Shown in pieces: positions 11,636 through 22,436 of a stretch of 64,000 bases of DNA. Within the stretch, counting starts at the first letter, position 1; each line of letters begins with the position of its first letter. The DNA lies in assembly GCA_963832165.1 (NCBI GenBank), contig CAWHTE010000004.1, positions 480,001-544,000 on the forward strand. Reading direction: 5' to 3'. A program made the translations under genes and the position numbers. The DNA is from an uncultured delta proteobacterium. GTDB taxonomy: Bacteria; Myxococcota_A; UBA9160; SMWR01. Under the pieces are notes generated by a model. That model saw only the letters and a program-made list of their open reading frames with translations. It ran no database searches and was not told the DNA's origin.

Positions 11636-13413
11636 TATCGGCTAAGATTTACCGCGCTTCTTACTAGAAGGGTTATGGCTGATTCAAGAGGATCAGTTTG
11701 CGGCGAGTGACGGTCACTTCTCATCGCTCAGAGCGCGCATAGACGCTCTCGGGAGCGCTCGGGAAGATCTCTCAGGGCTTCTACTTCGGCGGCGAGGTCT
11801 CTTTCAGCACCTCACAGACGCTCGCTTGAAGCTCCGCTAGGTGGAACTTGAGGGTTACTCGGCGAGCTCTATAGTGTCGGCGTGTGCTCTTCTTCCGCTC
11901 AGGTCAGGACTTTGGCACCGGGTAAGGTCTCATCGTGGATAATCTGAGTAGACGTTCTGCTGAGGCGTGGGATGGGGAGCTAGAAGTGCATAGGGGCGGT
12001 TGAAGGTGACGCGACGCGTTCATCGCGCTCGATTGGCTGTCTGATAGAGGTATGGGCGACTCGAAGCAGGATCTCCTTAGGCTCTCACGCGGTCTGAAGT
12101 CGAGGCTCTCACCCCCACAGTTGGCGGTCACTCGTACGCGGTCTGAAGTACAGCGTGCGAAGACAGCGTGAGAGCAGTAGGCGAGCGAGCTATCTGCGGT
12201 GTGTCGACTCACGTACGGAACATGATGACGTGAGGCTTTAATTGGGTGGAGCGTGCTGCCTTCACGGGACGTGATGGTGGTTCGAGGTCTACTCACGCTC
12301 CTAAGGGATCTCTGAGGCGCTGCTGGACGCTGGAGGTGTCGCTAGGTGAGTCACACGATCACGGCGTCACTCGCGGGGATGCTCTCGATCGCGTCGACGC
12401 GGTATCCAAGAACGCTAATCTTCTCGACGCTCGCGTAGGAGCTCGAGCGGTTCGCGACGTGGCGGGTGACGTGTGTAGCGCTTCAGCTTGCGTAGTGATT
12501 GTGGTTATGTCTCTGTCAGAGTGGTGTTCTCGCGCCTTCAGCGCGTAGAAGTCGCAGGCGCTATGAGGCGTCTAGCACGATGACACGCGACAGTGCGTGG
12601 GGATCTTGACGTGAACTGCACGAGCGTTTCTCGATTCTTCGGTGTAGATTGTGCGTCACAGCGCGAACTGAACTAAACGCTTGAAGTCACGAGCACGTTA
12701 TAGGCGGCCTGCTGCTCTTGCGACGGTTTTTGTCGCTTACGAGCGCATCGGGGTCTCTAGGGGACTGAGGGTGAGCTTGGAGCGTTGCGTTCTTGGCAGC
12801 GACGTGAGTTTTCGAACTCGCGCGGAGCCACGCTACGGCGTCTCGAAGTTCTCTCGCACGTCTCAGGTGACGTCGATGCGTGCGTCTCGAGCTATCGCAG
12901 AGCGCTCTCAATGTCACCAAGCATGGCACGAGAGCTGGTGACAAGCAAGCTTTTGTTCAGATCATCACGTCACGCTCTACAAGCTCGCGTGGGGGTGCGT
13001 TAGTAGTTCGGCTTGATGCGTTTGACGCGTCAAGCTTCAACGCTGGTGAGTGGTGAGCAGAATCGGTGCGACTGTCAGTTCGCGTAGCAGGCAACGAGGT
13101 ATAGCGCTGAGCATCTTTCTCTGAGAGGCGCTGTGTCGCGCGTGTCAGCTTTGTCTTCGCGTTACGTCTTTCGGTGATATAGGTTGATCGCCTCTGCTGG
13201 TACGCTTTTCTCGTCGACGAGAGCTCGCCACAGGTCACAGAGCTTCTCGACTTGTTCGGTCAGGATCGTCACGCGTTACGTTGCGTTTTTTCACGTTGCA
13301 TCGTCGCGAGCCAGCTGATCACGTCGCGCGTCTTGCTCAGGTCACAGTCCGCTAGCGGGAACGTTTGACGTAACGATACTTCTCGGACTCGGCAAGGATC
13401 CAGCTTCTTCTAC
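11636..13413. other. degraded low-quality sequence (four bases present, lower GC, CC dinucleotides scarce)
   Basis: Only short ORFs without recognisable motifs. Composition differs from the flanks and returns to normal near 13414. Confidence 0.7.
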
Positions 13414-13486
13414 CTATGCGCATGCGCTCTCCTGAGAATGCGCGCCGCGCGACCCGTCGATCGGTTTCGTCGTCCGGTCGGCACGA

Positions 13487-14787
13487 TCACTCGAGTCGGT
13501 CGACAGAGGCTCCGAGGGCTGGAGACGGCGATTCCGCTCGCCGGCGCTCGAGGAAGTGCCGCTCCGAGGCGTCGCGGCACAGCTCGATCGCGCGCGCGTA
13601 GGCCGCGCGCGCTTCGTCGCGGCGGCCGGCCTGGCGCAGCAGGTCCGCGCGCGCGGCGTGATAGGGCTGATAGGCGTCGAGCCGCGCACCCGTGCGCGCG
13701 TCCGACGCGAGCGGCTCGAGCAGCGCGAGGCCCGCGTCTGCACCGCGCGCGCGACTCTCGGCGACTGCGCGGTTCACGCGCACGACCGGGGACGGGTGCA
13801 GCGCCTCGAGCTCGGCATAGAGCGCCGCGATCGCGGACCACGGGGTGTCGGCGCCGGTCGGCGCGGTGGCGTGCGCGGCCGCGATCGCGGCCTGGATCCG
13901 GTACGGCCCGCGCGCGCGGCATTCCGCCGCGCGCGACAGCGCCGCGAGCCCCTCGCGCAGCTCGCCCGCGTGCCAGCGCGCGCGATCCTGCTCGTCGAGC
14001 GGCACGAGCGCACCGTCGGCGCCCACGCGCGCGTCGCGCCGCGCGTGGTGCAGGAGCATCAGCGCGCCCAGCGCGTGCACCTCGCCCTCCGCCGGAATCA
14101 GCGCCGCGAGCACGCGCGCGAGCCGGATCGCCTCGGCGCACAGCGCGCGGCGCTCGTCGGCGGAGGCACCCGTCGCGCTGTAGCCCTCGTTGAAGATCAG
14201 GTAGACGTCACGGCGAGCACGGAGTGGAGCCGCGTCGACCACTCGTCGGGCGGCGGCACGCGAAACGGGATCTGCGCGTCGCGGATCTTGTGCTTGGCGC
14301 GCTCGAGCCGCTTGGCCATCGTGGGCTCGGGCACGAGGAACGAGCGCGCGACCGCCGCGGTGGAGAGGCCGCCGAGCGTGCGCAGCGTGAGCGCCACGCG
14401 CGCTTCGGGCGCCAGCGCGGGATGGCAGCACGTGAAGATCAGGCGCAGCCGTTCGTCGGGCACGTCCGTCTCCTCTTCGGGCTCTGCGTCGCGCTCCGCG
14501 AGCCGCGCGAGCTCGCTCTCGCGCAGCGCGGGGCTCTTGCTCGTGCGCATCGCGCCGTGGCGCAGCCGATCGATCGCGCGCCGGCGCGCCGCCGTGGTGA
14601 GCCAGGCCGCGGGGCGCTGCGGCACGCCGTCGCGAGGCCAGCGCTCGAGCGCGATCAGGGCTGCTTCCTGGAACGCCTCCTCTGCGAGGTCGAGATCTCC
14701 GCAGCTCGCGACGAGCGCCGCGAGCACGAGGCCCGCCTCCTCGCGGATCGTCTGCTCGAGCGCTGCTCTCCCGGCATCTCCGGTCAC
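13487..14787 (-). CDS. ECF RNA polymerase sigma factor with DUF6596/TPR C-terminal extension (frameshift near 14205)
   Basis: AEEAFQEAALIALERWPRDGVP..PAAWL, DERLRLIFTCCHPALA, YLIFNEGYSA, LVPLDEQDRARW and GPYRIQAAIAAAH motifs. Confidence 0.88.
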
Positions 14788-14815
14788 GAGCGCGAGGATA
14801 GGTCGGCCTCCGAGA

Positions 14816-15167
14816 TCAATGGCTGTCGGGATGCTGCGGTCGCACCTCGACGGTGCCCGCGCGCGAGAGCGGACAGCGCTTCGCCCAGCCGAGCGCCGCG
14901 TCGAGATCCGCGACATCGATCAGCGCGAAGCCACCCAGGATCTCCTTGGTCTCGGCGAACGGACCGTCGGTGATCAGCACCTCGTCTCCGTCGTGCCGCA
15001 CGGACGTGGCGGTCTGGACGGGCGCCAGGCGCAGCCCACCGCGCAGCACGTCCGCGTCGCGCAGCGAGCTTCATCCAGGTGTCCATCTGGGCCAGCCAGT
15101 CCTGTCGGACTTCGGGTGCGAGCTCGGAGAAGCGGTCGGGCGTGTAGAAGAGCAGGGCGTATTGCAT
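14816..15167 (-). CDS. YciI/DGPF-domain protein (frameshift near 15060)
   Basis: MQYALLFY start; ITDGPFAETKEILGGFALIDVADLDAALGWA...TVEVRP; the usual partner of DUF6596 sigma factors. Confidence 0.85.
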
Positions 15168-15176
15168 GACTTCCTC

Positions 15177-15790
15177 CTACGACACCGCGGTCTTGAACGA
15201 CGGCCGCGCCGCGAGCGCGCGCGAAATAGCGCGCGGTGCGCGGCCAGCGCGCCGCGCGCGAGCTCTTCGCCCGTGAACGAGAGATTGAGCAGCTGGGCTC
15301 CGACGGCGATGTCGGCGATGCCGAAGCGCGGCAGCAGCGATTCGCGGTCTTCCGGTACACGCGACTCGAGGTAGTCGAACATCTCCGGGAGCCGCGCCCG
15401 GAACTCGTTCGCGCGCGCGTGATCGGGCTCCTGATGGAGGATGGTCGGCTTGATGAAGATCTCGAAGTTGATCCCGCCGATCACCTCGGCCATGCGCGAA
15501 TCGGCGTACTCCTCGAGGAAGAGCGCTGCCGCGAGCTCCACGGCGTCCTGCGGGTAGAGCGCGGGCGTGGGGTGCTTGCGCTCGAGATAGGCGCAGATCA
15601 CGGATGAATCGGGCACGACGACGTCGCCGTCGCGCAGGATCGGGATCTTGCCCAGCGGGTGCAGCGCGAGCAGCTCCGGGGTCTTGGGCACGGGAACCAG
15701 GTTCTCGATCTCGTAGGGGAGACCCTTCTCTTCGAGCGCGATCCGGACCTTGCGCACGAACGGGGAGCGCGAGCCACCGAGCAGCTTCAT
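15177..15790 (-). CDS. glutathione S-transferase family protein (frameshift near 15240)
   Basis: SPFVRKVRIALEEKGLPYE, HPLGKIPIL, DSSVICAYLE and FGIADIA motifs; ends ARPSFKTAVS*. Confidence 0.88.
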
Positions 15791-15933
15791 GGGGTTCTCC
15801 TGGCATGGGGTGGGCCGGGGAATCGGCCGCCCATCGACTACGACGAGCGAGGATCCCGCAGAACGACAGGTGGCGCAGCTCCGCGAGAATCCAGCGGGAA
15901 TTTCGTATGCTGGGCCGGTCGAAGGGGGGCGGG

Positions 15934-16387
15934 ATGGGCCTGGTCGAACGGGTCTCCGAGCAGATGAAGGCGGCGCAGAAAGCGCGCGACGCCGCGAAGC
16001 TGTCCGCGCTGCGCAACGTGCGCGCGGCGCTGCTCCACGAGATGAAGAAGGACGGCTCCGAGACGCTCGACGACGCCGTCGCGACCGCCGTGCTGCGGCG
16101 GCTCGCCAAGCAGCGCGAGGAGAGCATCGCGGCGTTCGAGAGGCGCGGGCCGGTCGGACCGCGCCGAAGCCGAGCGCGCCGAGAAGGCCCTGATCGACGC
16201 GTTCCTGCCGCGGCTCGCCGACGAGGCGACCACGCGCGCGTGGGTGCAGGCCGCGATCGCCGAGACGGGCGCCGCGAGCGCGCGCGACCTCGGCCGCGTG
16301 ATGGGCGCGCTCATGAAGGCGCACAAGGACGACGTGGACGGCACGCTCGCGCGCAAGATCGCAACGGAATTGCTCCCGAGCGCCTAG
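15934..16387 (+). CDS. GatB/YqeY domain protein (frameshift near 16140)
   Basis: MKAAQKARD..KLSALR, LAKQREESIAAFE, FLPRLADE and DLGRVMGALMK motifs. Confidence 0.85.
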
Positions 16388-16561
16388 CGCGAGCCGACCT
16401 GGCGCGGACGGACTAGCTTCGCCGCGCCATGCCGAGTCTGTCTCCGGCCGAGCTCGCGCGTGCGCTCGTGGGCGGCTTCGATGCATGGAAGGGCGCCGGG
16501 CTCGAGGTCGAGCGGAAGTAGGCGGTTTGCGATCGCGCGCGCGCCCGCGCACTCTTCCGTG

Positions 16562-18082
16562 ATGGACACGCGAGCCGAGATCGCCACGGGACGCCTGCGC
16601 GGTGCGCGCGACCGCGGCGCCGTGGTGTTTCGCGGCATCCCGTATGCGCGACCGCCCGTCGGCGAGCGCGCGTTTCGCGCGCCCGAGCCGCCCGACCCGT
16701 GGTCGGGCGTGCGCGCGGCGATCTACTTCGGCGCGGCGGCGCCGCAGTTCGTGCCGCCGATGCGGATCATGCGCAACCTGATCGGCGTCCCCACGGATCG
16801 TCAGTCGCAGGACTGCCTCACGCTGAACGTGTGGACGCCGGCGCCCGACGCGGCGCGCCGCCCCGTGATGGTCTGGATCCACGGCGGTGCGTTCGTGATG
16901 GGTACGGGCGCCACGTTCCTCTACCACGGCGCGCGGCTCGCGCGGCGCGGCGACGTGGTGGTCGTGACGATCAACTATCGGCTCGGCGCGCTCGGATTCC
17001 TGAATCATCCGGAGCTCCGCGCGCGCGGCATCGACGCAAACCTGGGGATCCGCGACCAGATCCGCGCGCTCGAGTGGGTGCGCGAGAACATCGGCGCGTT
17101 CGGTGGCGACCCGGACAACGTGACGATCTTCGGCGAATCCGCGGGTGGGATGAGCGTGGGCACGCTGCTCGCCGCACCCGCGGCGCGCGGTCTGTTCCAC
17201 CGCGCGATCCTCCAGAGCGGCGCGATGCACCACGTGGCGAACGAGGCGGAGGCAGCGCGCGTGGCGGAGATCTTCCTGGGCGCGGTCGGACTCTCGCCGC
17301 ACGACGCGAAGGCGGTGCGGCAGCTGCGCACATCCGAGATCCAGCGCGCGCAACAGCTCACGGCGATGCAGATCGGGATGGGGCAGGGGCTCTTGCCGTG
17401 GCAGCCCAGCGTGGATGGCGACGTGCTCCCGCGCACCGCGCTCGAAGCGCTCGACAAGGGCGAGGTCGCGCGCGTGCCCACGCTCGTGGGCAGCAATCGC
17501 GACGAGTGGCGCCTGTTCACGCTCTTCGATCCGCGCAGCCGCAATCTCGCGGAGCCGGACCTCCGACGCCGGCTCACGCGCCAGCTCGGCAGCGAGCGCG
17601 AAGCCGACACGGCGATGGAGGTGTATCGCGCCGCGCAGCGCGGGCGCCGTTCACCCGGGCGGCTCTGGGAGGCCGTGCAGAGCGACCGCGTGTTCCACCA
17701 CCCCGCCCAGCGCGCGGCCGACGGTCTCGCGGAGCTGGGCGTGCCGGTGTGGCGCTATCTGTTCTCGTGGCGGCCGCCGCTGATCGGCAGCCGGATCGGC
17801 TCGGGACACGGCATGGAGCTGCCGTTCGTGTTCGGCACGCTCAGCGACGGCATCCTGCGCCGCACGCTCGGCGCCTCGCCCTCGGCGCAGCGGCTCTCGC
17901 GGCGCATGCGCGACGCGTGGGTCGCGTTCGCACGCTCGGGTGCTCCGGGTCACGAGCGCCTGCCCGAGTGGGCCGCCTACGAAGCGCGCGACCGCGCGAC
18001 GCTCGAGTTCAACCGCGACTCTGCGCTGATCCGCGCGCCGTTTGCCTCGGAGTCGGCGTTCTGGCGGACGCGGCTCGGATGA
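16562..18082 (+). CDS. type-B carboxylesterase/lipase
   Basis: FRGIPYARPPVG, DCLTLNVWTP, VMVWIHGGAF, NYRLGALGFL, catalytic FGESAGG and HGMELPFVFG motifs. Confidence 0.93.
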   Translation: MDTRAEIATGRLRGARDRGAVVFRGIPYARPPVGERAFRAPEPPDPWSGVRAAIYFGAAAPQFVPPMRIMRNLIGVPTDRQSQDCLTLNVWTPAPDAARRPVMVWIHGGAFVMGTGATFLYHGARLARRGDVVVVTINYRLGALGFLNHPELRARGIDANLGIRDQIRALEWVRENIGAFGGDPDNVTIFGESAGGMSVGTLLAAPAARGLFHRAILQSGAMHHVANEAEAARVAEIFLGAVGLSPHDAKAVRQLRTSEIQRAQQLTAMQIGMGQGLLPWQPSVDGDVLPRTALEALDKGEVARVPTLVGSNRDEWRLFTLFDPRSRNLAEPDLRRRLTRQLGSEREADTAMEVYRAAQRGRRSPGRLWEAVQSDRVFHHPAQRAADGLAELGVPVWRYLFSWRPPLIGSRIGSGHGMELPFVFGTLSDGILRRTLGASPSAQRLSRRMRDAWVAFARSGAPGHERLPEWAAYEARDRATLEFNRDSALIRAPFASESAFWRTRLG

Positions 18083-18086
18083 GCGC

Positions 18087-18746
18087 GTGGCGACGGCGGT
18101 AGACCGCGACTACGTCCCCGCCGCGCCGCAGCTCTGGCTCTACGATTTCCTCGCGATCGTGCTCGCGCGCGCGCCGCGCTGGCGCCGTGCGCTGCTCGCG
18201 CAGATCGCGCCGCGCGAAGGGGACGTGATCGCGGACGTGGGCTGCGGCACGGGCACGCAGCTCGTGAAGATCGGCCGCAGTGCGCGCGGCGTGACGCTGA
18301 TCGGCATCGATCCCGACCCGGACGTGCTGCTGCGCGCGCGCCGCAAGACCGCCGCGGCGCGCGTCGTCGTGGGTCTTTCGCGCGGCTATGCGCGCGACGC
18401 CGCCGAGCTGCTGCGCGACCGCGGCGTGAACAAGATCGTCTCGAGCCTCGTGTTCCACCAGGTTCCGCTCGCCGAGAAGGTGGCCGGCCTCGCGGCGATG
18501 CGCGGGGCGCTCGTGCCGGGCGGCGAGCTTCATGTGGCGGATTATGGGCTGCAGCGTACCCCCCTGATGCGTAAGCTGTTTCGCGTGGTCCAGGCCGGCG
18601 ACGGCTTCGACAACACCGAGCCCAACGCGCGCGGCGTGCTGCCCGACCTGATGAGCCGGGTCGGCTTTCGCAGCGTCGAAGAGACGCTCGTGATCCCGAC
18701 TCCGACGGGATCGGTCTCGCTCTATCGCGCGGAGCGCGGGCGCTAG
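18087..18746 (+). CDS. class I SAM-dependent methyltransferase (start uncertain)
   Basis: IADVGCGTG, IGIDPD, SSLVFHQ and LVPGGELHVAD motifs. Confidence 0.85.
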   Translation: MATAVDRDYVPAAPQLWLYDFLAIVLARAPRWRRALLAQIAPREGDVIADVGCGTGTQLVKIGRSARGVTLIGIDPDPDVLLRARRKTAAARVVVGLSRGYARDAAELLRDRGVNKIVSSLVFHQVPLAEKVAGLAAMRGALVPGGELHVADYGLQRTPLMRKLFRVVQAGDGFDNTEPNARGVLPDLMSRVGFRSVEETLVIPTPTGSVSLYRAERGR

Positions 18747-18791
18747 CGGCGCGCGCGGATCTCGGCGCACCGTCGGTGCTATACCCGGCGC

Positions 18792-19846
18792 GTGAACGCT
18801 GCGGATCGCCCGCTGCTCTGGAATCGCCGGGAAGTGCTCCAGGCGGCCGCCGCGTCGGCGCTGTCGCTGGGAGCGCTGGGTCCGCTCGCGTGCGGGGGCG
18901 CCAGACGAGAGGGCGAGCCGCTGATCGTGGGCGGCCTGCCCGTGACCTGCAATCTCACGCTGCCGGTCGCGTGCGTCGCCCGGGCCGAAAGCAACCGCTC
19001 CGCCGGCCCCGGGACACCGCCCTTCGCCTACGAGTACCGCAAGTTCAGCGGCTGGCCCGAGATCAAGGAATCGCTGATGGCCGGGCGGATCTCGGCCGGA
19101 TACATGCTCGCGCCGCTCGTGATGGATCTCGCAGACGAGAGATCCCGATCAAGATCGTGTCGCTGGGGCACCGGTCGGGCGCCGTGATCATGGTGCGCAC
19201 GGATTCCACCTACGAGCACTTCCGGCAGCTCGAGGGCAAGCGGATCGCGATCCCGAGCCGGTTCGCCGTCGACTTCCTGTTCCTGCGCAAGATGCTCGCG
19301 CGCGAGAACATGACCACGTCGCAGCTCGAGATCGTCGAGATGCCGCCGCCCGACATGCCCGCCGCGCTCTACGCCAACGCGGTGGACGCCTACTGCACCG
19401 GAGAGCCGTTCGGCGCTGCGGCCCAGCGTGCGGGCTATGCGCGGCCGCTGCGCATGACGCGCGACGAGTGGCGCAACTACATCTGCTGTGTGCTCACGGT
19501 GCGCGAGGAGCTGATCCACGAGAATCGCGCGCTCGTGCAGGACCTCGTGAACCACGTGCTCGGCGCGGGAGTGTGGCTCGATGCGAAGCAGGAGAACCGC
19601 GACAAGGCGATCGCGATCGCGGCGGGCAACGACTACTTCCATCAGGATCCGGAGGTGCTGCGCTTCGTGATGGAGAACCCGACCGATCGCGTCACCTACG
19701 GCGACCTGCGCATGATCCGCGAGGAGTTCGACGAGCTCATGCAGCTCTCGATCGCGGCGGGCACGATCGCGCGGCCGGTCCCCTACGAGACCTACCTCGA
19801 CGAGAGCTTCGTGCGCGATGCGCAACCGACCTCGATCGCGATCTGA
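18792..19846 (+). CDS. NrtA/SsuA/CmpA-like ABC substrate-binding protein, probable Tat lipoprotein (frameshift near 19140)
   Basis: NRREVLQ Tat-like motif and LAC lipobox; WPEIKESLMAG, YMLAPL, GKRIAIPS, MPPPDMPAAL and GEPFG motifs. Confidence 0.8.
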
Positions 19847-20415
19847 GCGGCGCGCGCTCGCGCTGCTGCTGCTCGCGGCGGCCGCGGTCGATCGCGGGCG
19901 ACGCGCCGGAGCTGCGCGCGGGGGTGTTCGATCCGCCGCGCTCGGCGCCGGAATTCACGCTGCGCGGCTCGCACGGCGGGCCGCTCGAGCTGAGCCGATT
20001 CCGCGGCAAGGTGGTGATCCTCGAGTTCGGCTTCACCTCGTGTCCCGACGTCTGCCCGAGGACGCTCGCCGCGCTGGCCTCGGTGAAGAAGAAGCTCGGG
20101 GCGCGCGCGGGCGAGGTGCAGGTGGTGTTCATCACGGTGGATCCCGAGCGCGACGATCCCGAGCGCCTGCGCACCCACCTCGCGAAGTTCGATCCGACGT
20201 TCCTCGGCGGCACCGGCACCGCCGAGCAGCTCGAGGCGGTGCGCGCGGAATACGGGATCGCCGCCGAGCGCGTGGTTGCGGGCAACAGCTACGCGTTCAG
20301 CCATTCGTCCTTCACGTACCTGATCGATCGCGCGGGCAGCCTGCGCGCGCTGATGCCGTACGGGAGCTCGGCCGACGACTACGTGCACGATCTCCTGATC
20401 CTGCTCGCGCCGTGA
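19818..20415 (+). CDS. SCO1/SenC family copper chaperone (5' frameshift)
   Basis: FGFTSCPDVCP (CxxxC), VFITVDPERD and conserved His in FSHSSFTYLID. Confidence 0.9.
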
Positions 20416-20829
20416 CGCGCCGGGGCAGGGCGCTGCTCGCGATCGCGGTCGGCGCGCTCGCGGCGCTCGCGTGGCCCGCGTTCGCCCCGATCCGCACGAC
20501 TTCGCACGAAGAGCTGTTCTCGATTCCGAAGGGAACGTGGGCGCAGCGCATGGCGGGGAATCCCGTCGAGATCCTGCCCAGCGAGATCCGGCTCACGCTC
20601 GGCGTACGCGACGTGCTGCTGCTGCGAGAACCACGACGACGTGCCGCAGATCTTCGGGCCCACGCTCCTGATGCCCGGGCAGAGCTTCCGGCTGCCGTTC
20701 GCCGTGGCGTCGGATCACGTCTTCACGTGCACCGCGCACGCGAGCGGAAAGATGACCGTGGTGGTCGAGCCGTTCCCCGAAACGCCGTGGGCGCGGCTCG
20801 CCTGGCGCGTGCGCGAGCTCCGGAAGTGA
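20412..20829 (+). CDS. small exported cupredoxin-like protein (frameshift near 20625)
   Basis: N-terminal hydrophobic segment; C-terminal FTCTAHASGKMTVVVE resembles a C-x2-H-x4-M copper loop. Confidence 0.55.
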
Positions 20830-21242
20830 GGGCGGTGCGCGTCGCGGCGATCGTCGCGCTCGCGCTCGCCGCGGTGGCCGCCGCCACGTACCTGGCCGGT
20901 GAGCAGACCGAGGTGGTCGTGATTCGCACACTCGACGGCGACGGCACCTCGTACGACACGAAGGTCTGGGTCGTCGACCACGAGGGCGTTCCGTGGGTGC
21001 GCGTCGCTCAACCCGAGCGGTTCTGGTTCCAGAGGCTCTCGCGCAATCCGCACGTGCGTCTGATCCGCGCCGGTGTCGAGCAGGCCGTGATCGCGCGGCC
21101 CCAGGACACCCCCGAGGCGCGCGCGGTCATCGACCAGCGCTTCCGCGAGCGGTACGGCGCCGTCGACTGGTGGTACGGTGTGCTGGTTCGCCGGCACGCG
21201 ATTCCCGTCCGGCTCGATCCCGATCCCGGAGAGACCCCCTGA
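20826..21242 (+). CDS. DUF2255/deazaflavin-nitroreductase-like split-barrel protein
   Basis: TKVWVVDHEG, WFQRLSRNPHVRL and FRERYG motifs after a signal-like N-terminus. Confidence 0.55.
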   Translation: MRAVRVAAIVALALAAVAAATYLAGEQTEVVVIRTLDGDGTSYDTKVWVVDHEGVPWVRVAQPERFWFQRLSRNPHVRLIRAGVEQAVIARPQDTPEARAVIDQRFRERYGAVDWWYGVLVRRHAIPVRLDPDPGETP

Positions 21243-21256
21243 TGTCGCGGAGGTGC

Positions 21257-21760
21257 ATGATGGATCCCAGATTCTTCGTCGTACTCGCGAGCGCGCTCGT
21301 CGTGCTCGGTTGTGTCGATCCCGCGGATCGCCGTCCGGGGCTGTGGCTCTCCGGTGAGGTCGAGACGGCACCCGTGACGGACTGGTCGTTCACGGAAGAG
21401 CAGCGCGAGATCTTTCTCGAGACCCGGACCTGGTACGGAGTCCGGCACTCGGTCACGGTCGTGTGCGCCACCCACGGCGGCGCGCTCTACGTCCCCTCGC
21501 TCTATTACGAAGGCGGGGAGTTCCCTGACAAGCGCCACTGGCACCGCAACGTCGCGCGCGATCCGCGCGTGCGGCTCGAGATCGGGGATCGCCTCTACGA
21601 GCGGCGCGCCGTGCTCGTGACCGATCCCGCGGAATGGAACGAGGTGCTCGCGGCGTTCGCGCGCAAGATGCCGTTCTGGCAGGAGCTCGCGAGCAAGCCC
21701 GAATCCGAGCGGCCGAAGCTCATCTTCATGCGCATGGACGCGCCGGCGGACGCGGCCTGA
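21257..21760 (+). CDS. lipoprotein, split-barrel/DUF2255-like
   Basis: GGAGG RBS, VLGC lipobox, PGLWLSG and WHRNVARDPRVRLEIGDRLY motifs. Confidence 0.55.
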   Translation: MMDPRFFVVLASALVVLGCVDPADRRPGLWLSGEVETAPVTDWSFTEEQREIFLETRTWYGVRHSVTVVCATHGGALYVPSLYYEGGEFPDKRHWHRNVARDPRVRLEIGDRLYERRAVLVTDPAEWNEVLAAFARKMPFWQELASKPESERPKLIFMRMDAPADAA

Positions 21761-21776
21761 CGGGGTCTGGGGCGCG

Positions 21777-22436
21777 CTAGGCGCGCGCGAGGCCGCGCAG
21801 CACGATCGCGACGATCGCGTCGGTGGTCGCCTTCGGCGATGCCTGGAGGCGCGGGATCACGCGCGGGCGCGAGAAGAACAGCCCGAGCCCGCCGAGCACG
21901 AGCGCGAGCGCACCCGTGTCGACGGGATCGATCTGGCGCTCGGCAACCGCGCGTTCGAGCAGGTGCTCGGTCACCGCGGTGACGTAGTTCGCGTGTGCGT
22001 TGGTGATCTCGGCGGCGCCGGGCACGGTCGCGAGCTTGCGCGCGAAGGCCTCGGTCGTGGGGGCGACCGCGATCGTCGCCGCCTCGAGATAGGCGCGCAG
22101 TGCCGTGAGCGCGTCCATGTCGGGCTCGATCGCGGCCATCGCGGCGCGGCCGATCCGATGCAGCCGGCGGTCGATCACGGTGAGCAGCAGCGCGTCCTTG
22201 CGCGGCGCGAGCGCGTAGAGCGTGCGCAGCGAGCAGTTCACGCGCGCGGCGAGCTGCGCCATCGTGAGCTCGGCGAAGCCGTCCTGCATCGCTAGCGTTT
22301 CGAGCGCGTCGAGGATCTCGCGCTGGCGGCGGCTGAGCCCGCGCTCGACCTCGGCCGGGAGGAGCGGCCGCGGCGCGCGCACGCGCGGGATCGCGCGCGC
22401 GGAAGGCCGCCGCGCCGGTGCGGCCTGTGCGCTCAC
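21777..22436 (-). CDS. TetR-family transcriptional regulator
   Basis: ILDALETLAMQDGFAELTMAQLAARVNCSLRTLYALAPRKDALL HTH; the GTG start overlaps the atuA-like stop. Confidence 0.85.
   Translation of the reverse strand: MSAQAAPARRPSARAIPRVRAPRPLLPAEVERGLSRRQREILDALETLAMQDGFAELTMAQLAARVNCSLRTLYALAPRKDALLLTVIDRRLHRIGRAAMAAIEPDMDALTALRAYLEAATIAVAPTTEAFARKLATVPGAAEITNAHANYVTAVTEHLLERAVAERQIDPVDTGALALVLGGLGLFFSRPRVIPRLQASPKATTDAIVAIVLRGLARA

Noticed and set aside
11904..13238. Short ORFs in the degraded block
   Set aside because: No recognisable motifs and atypical composition; likely low-quality sequence.
13487..15167. ECF sigma plus YciI as a novel system
   Set aside because: This is a well-known conserved pairing (DUF6596/TPR sigma factor with a DGPF protein).
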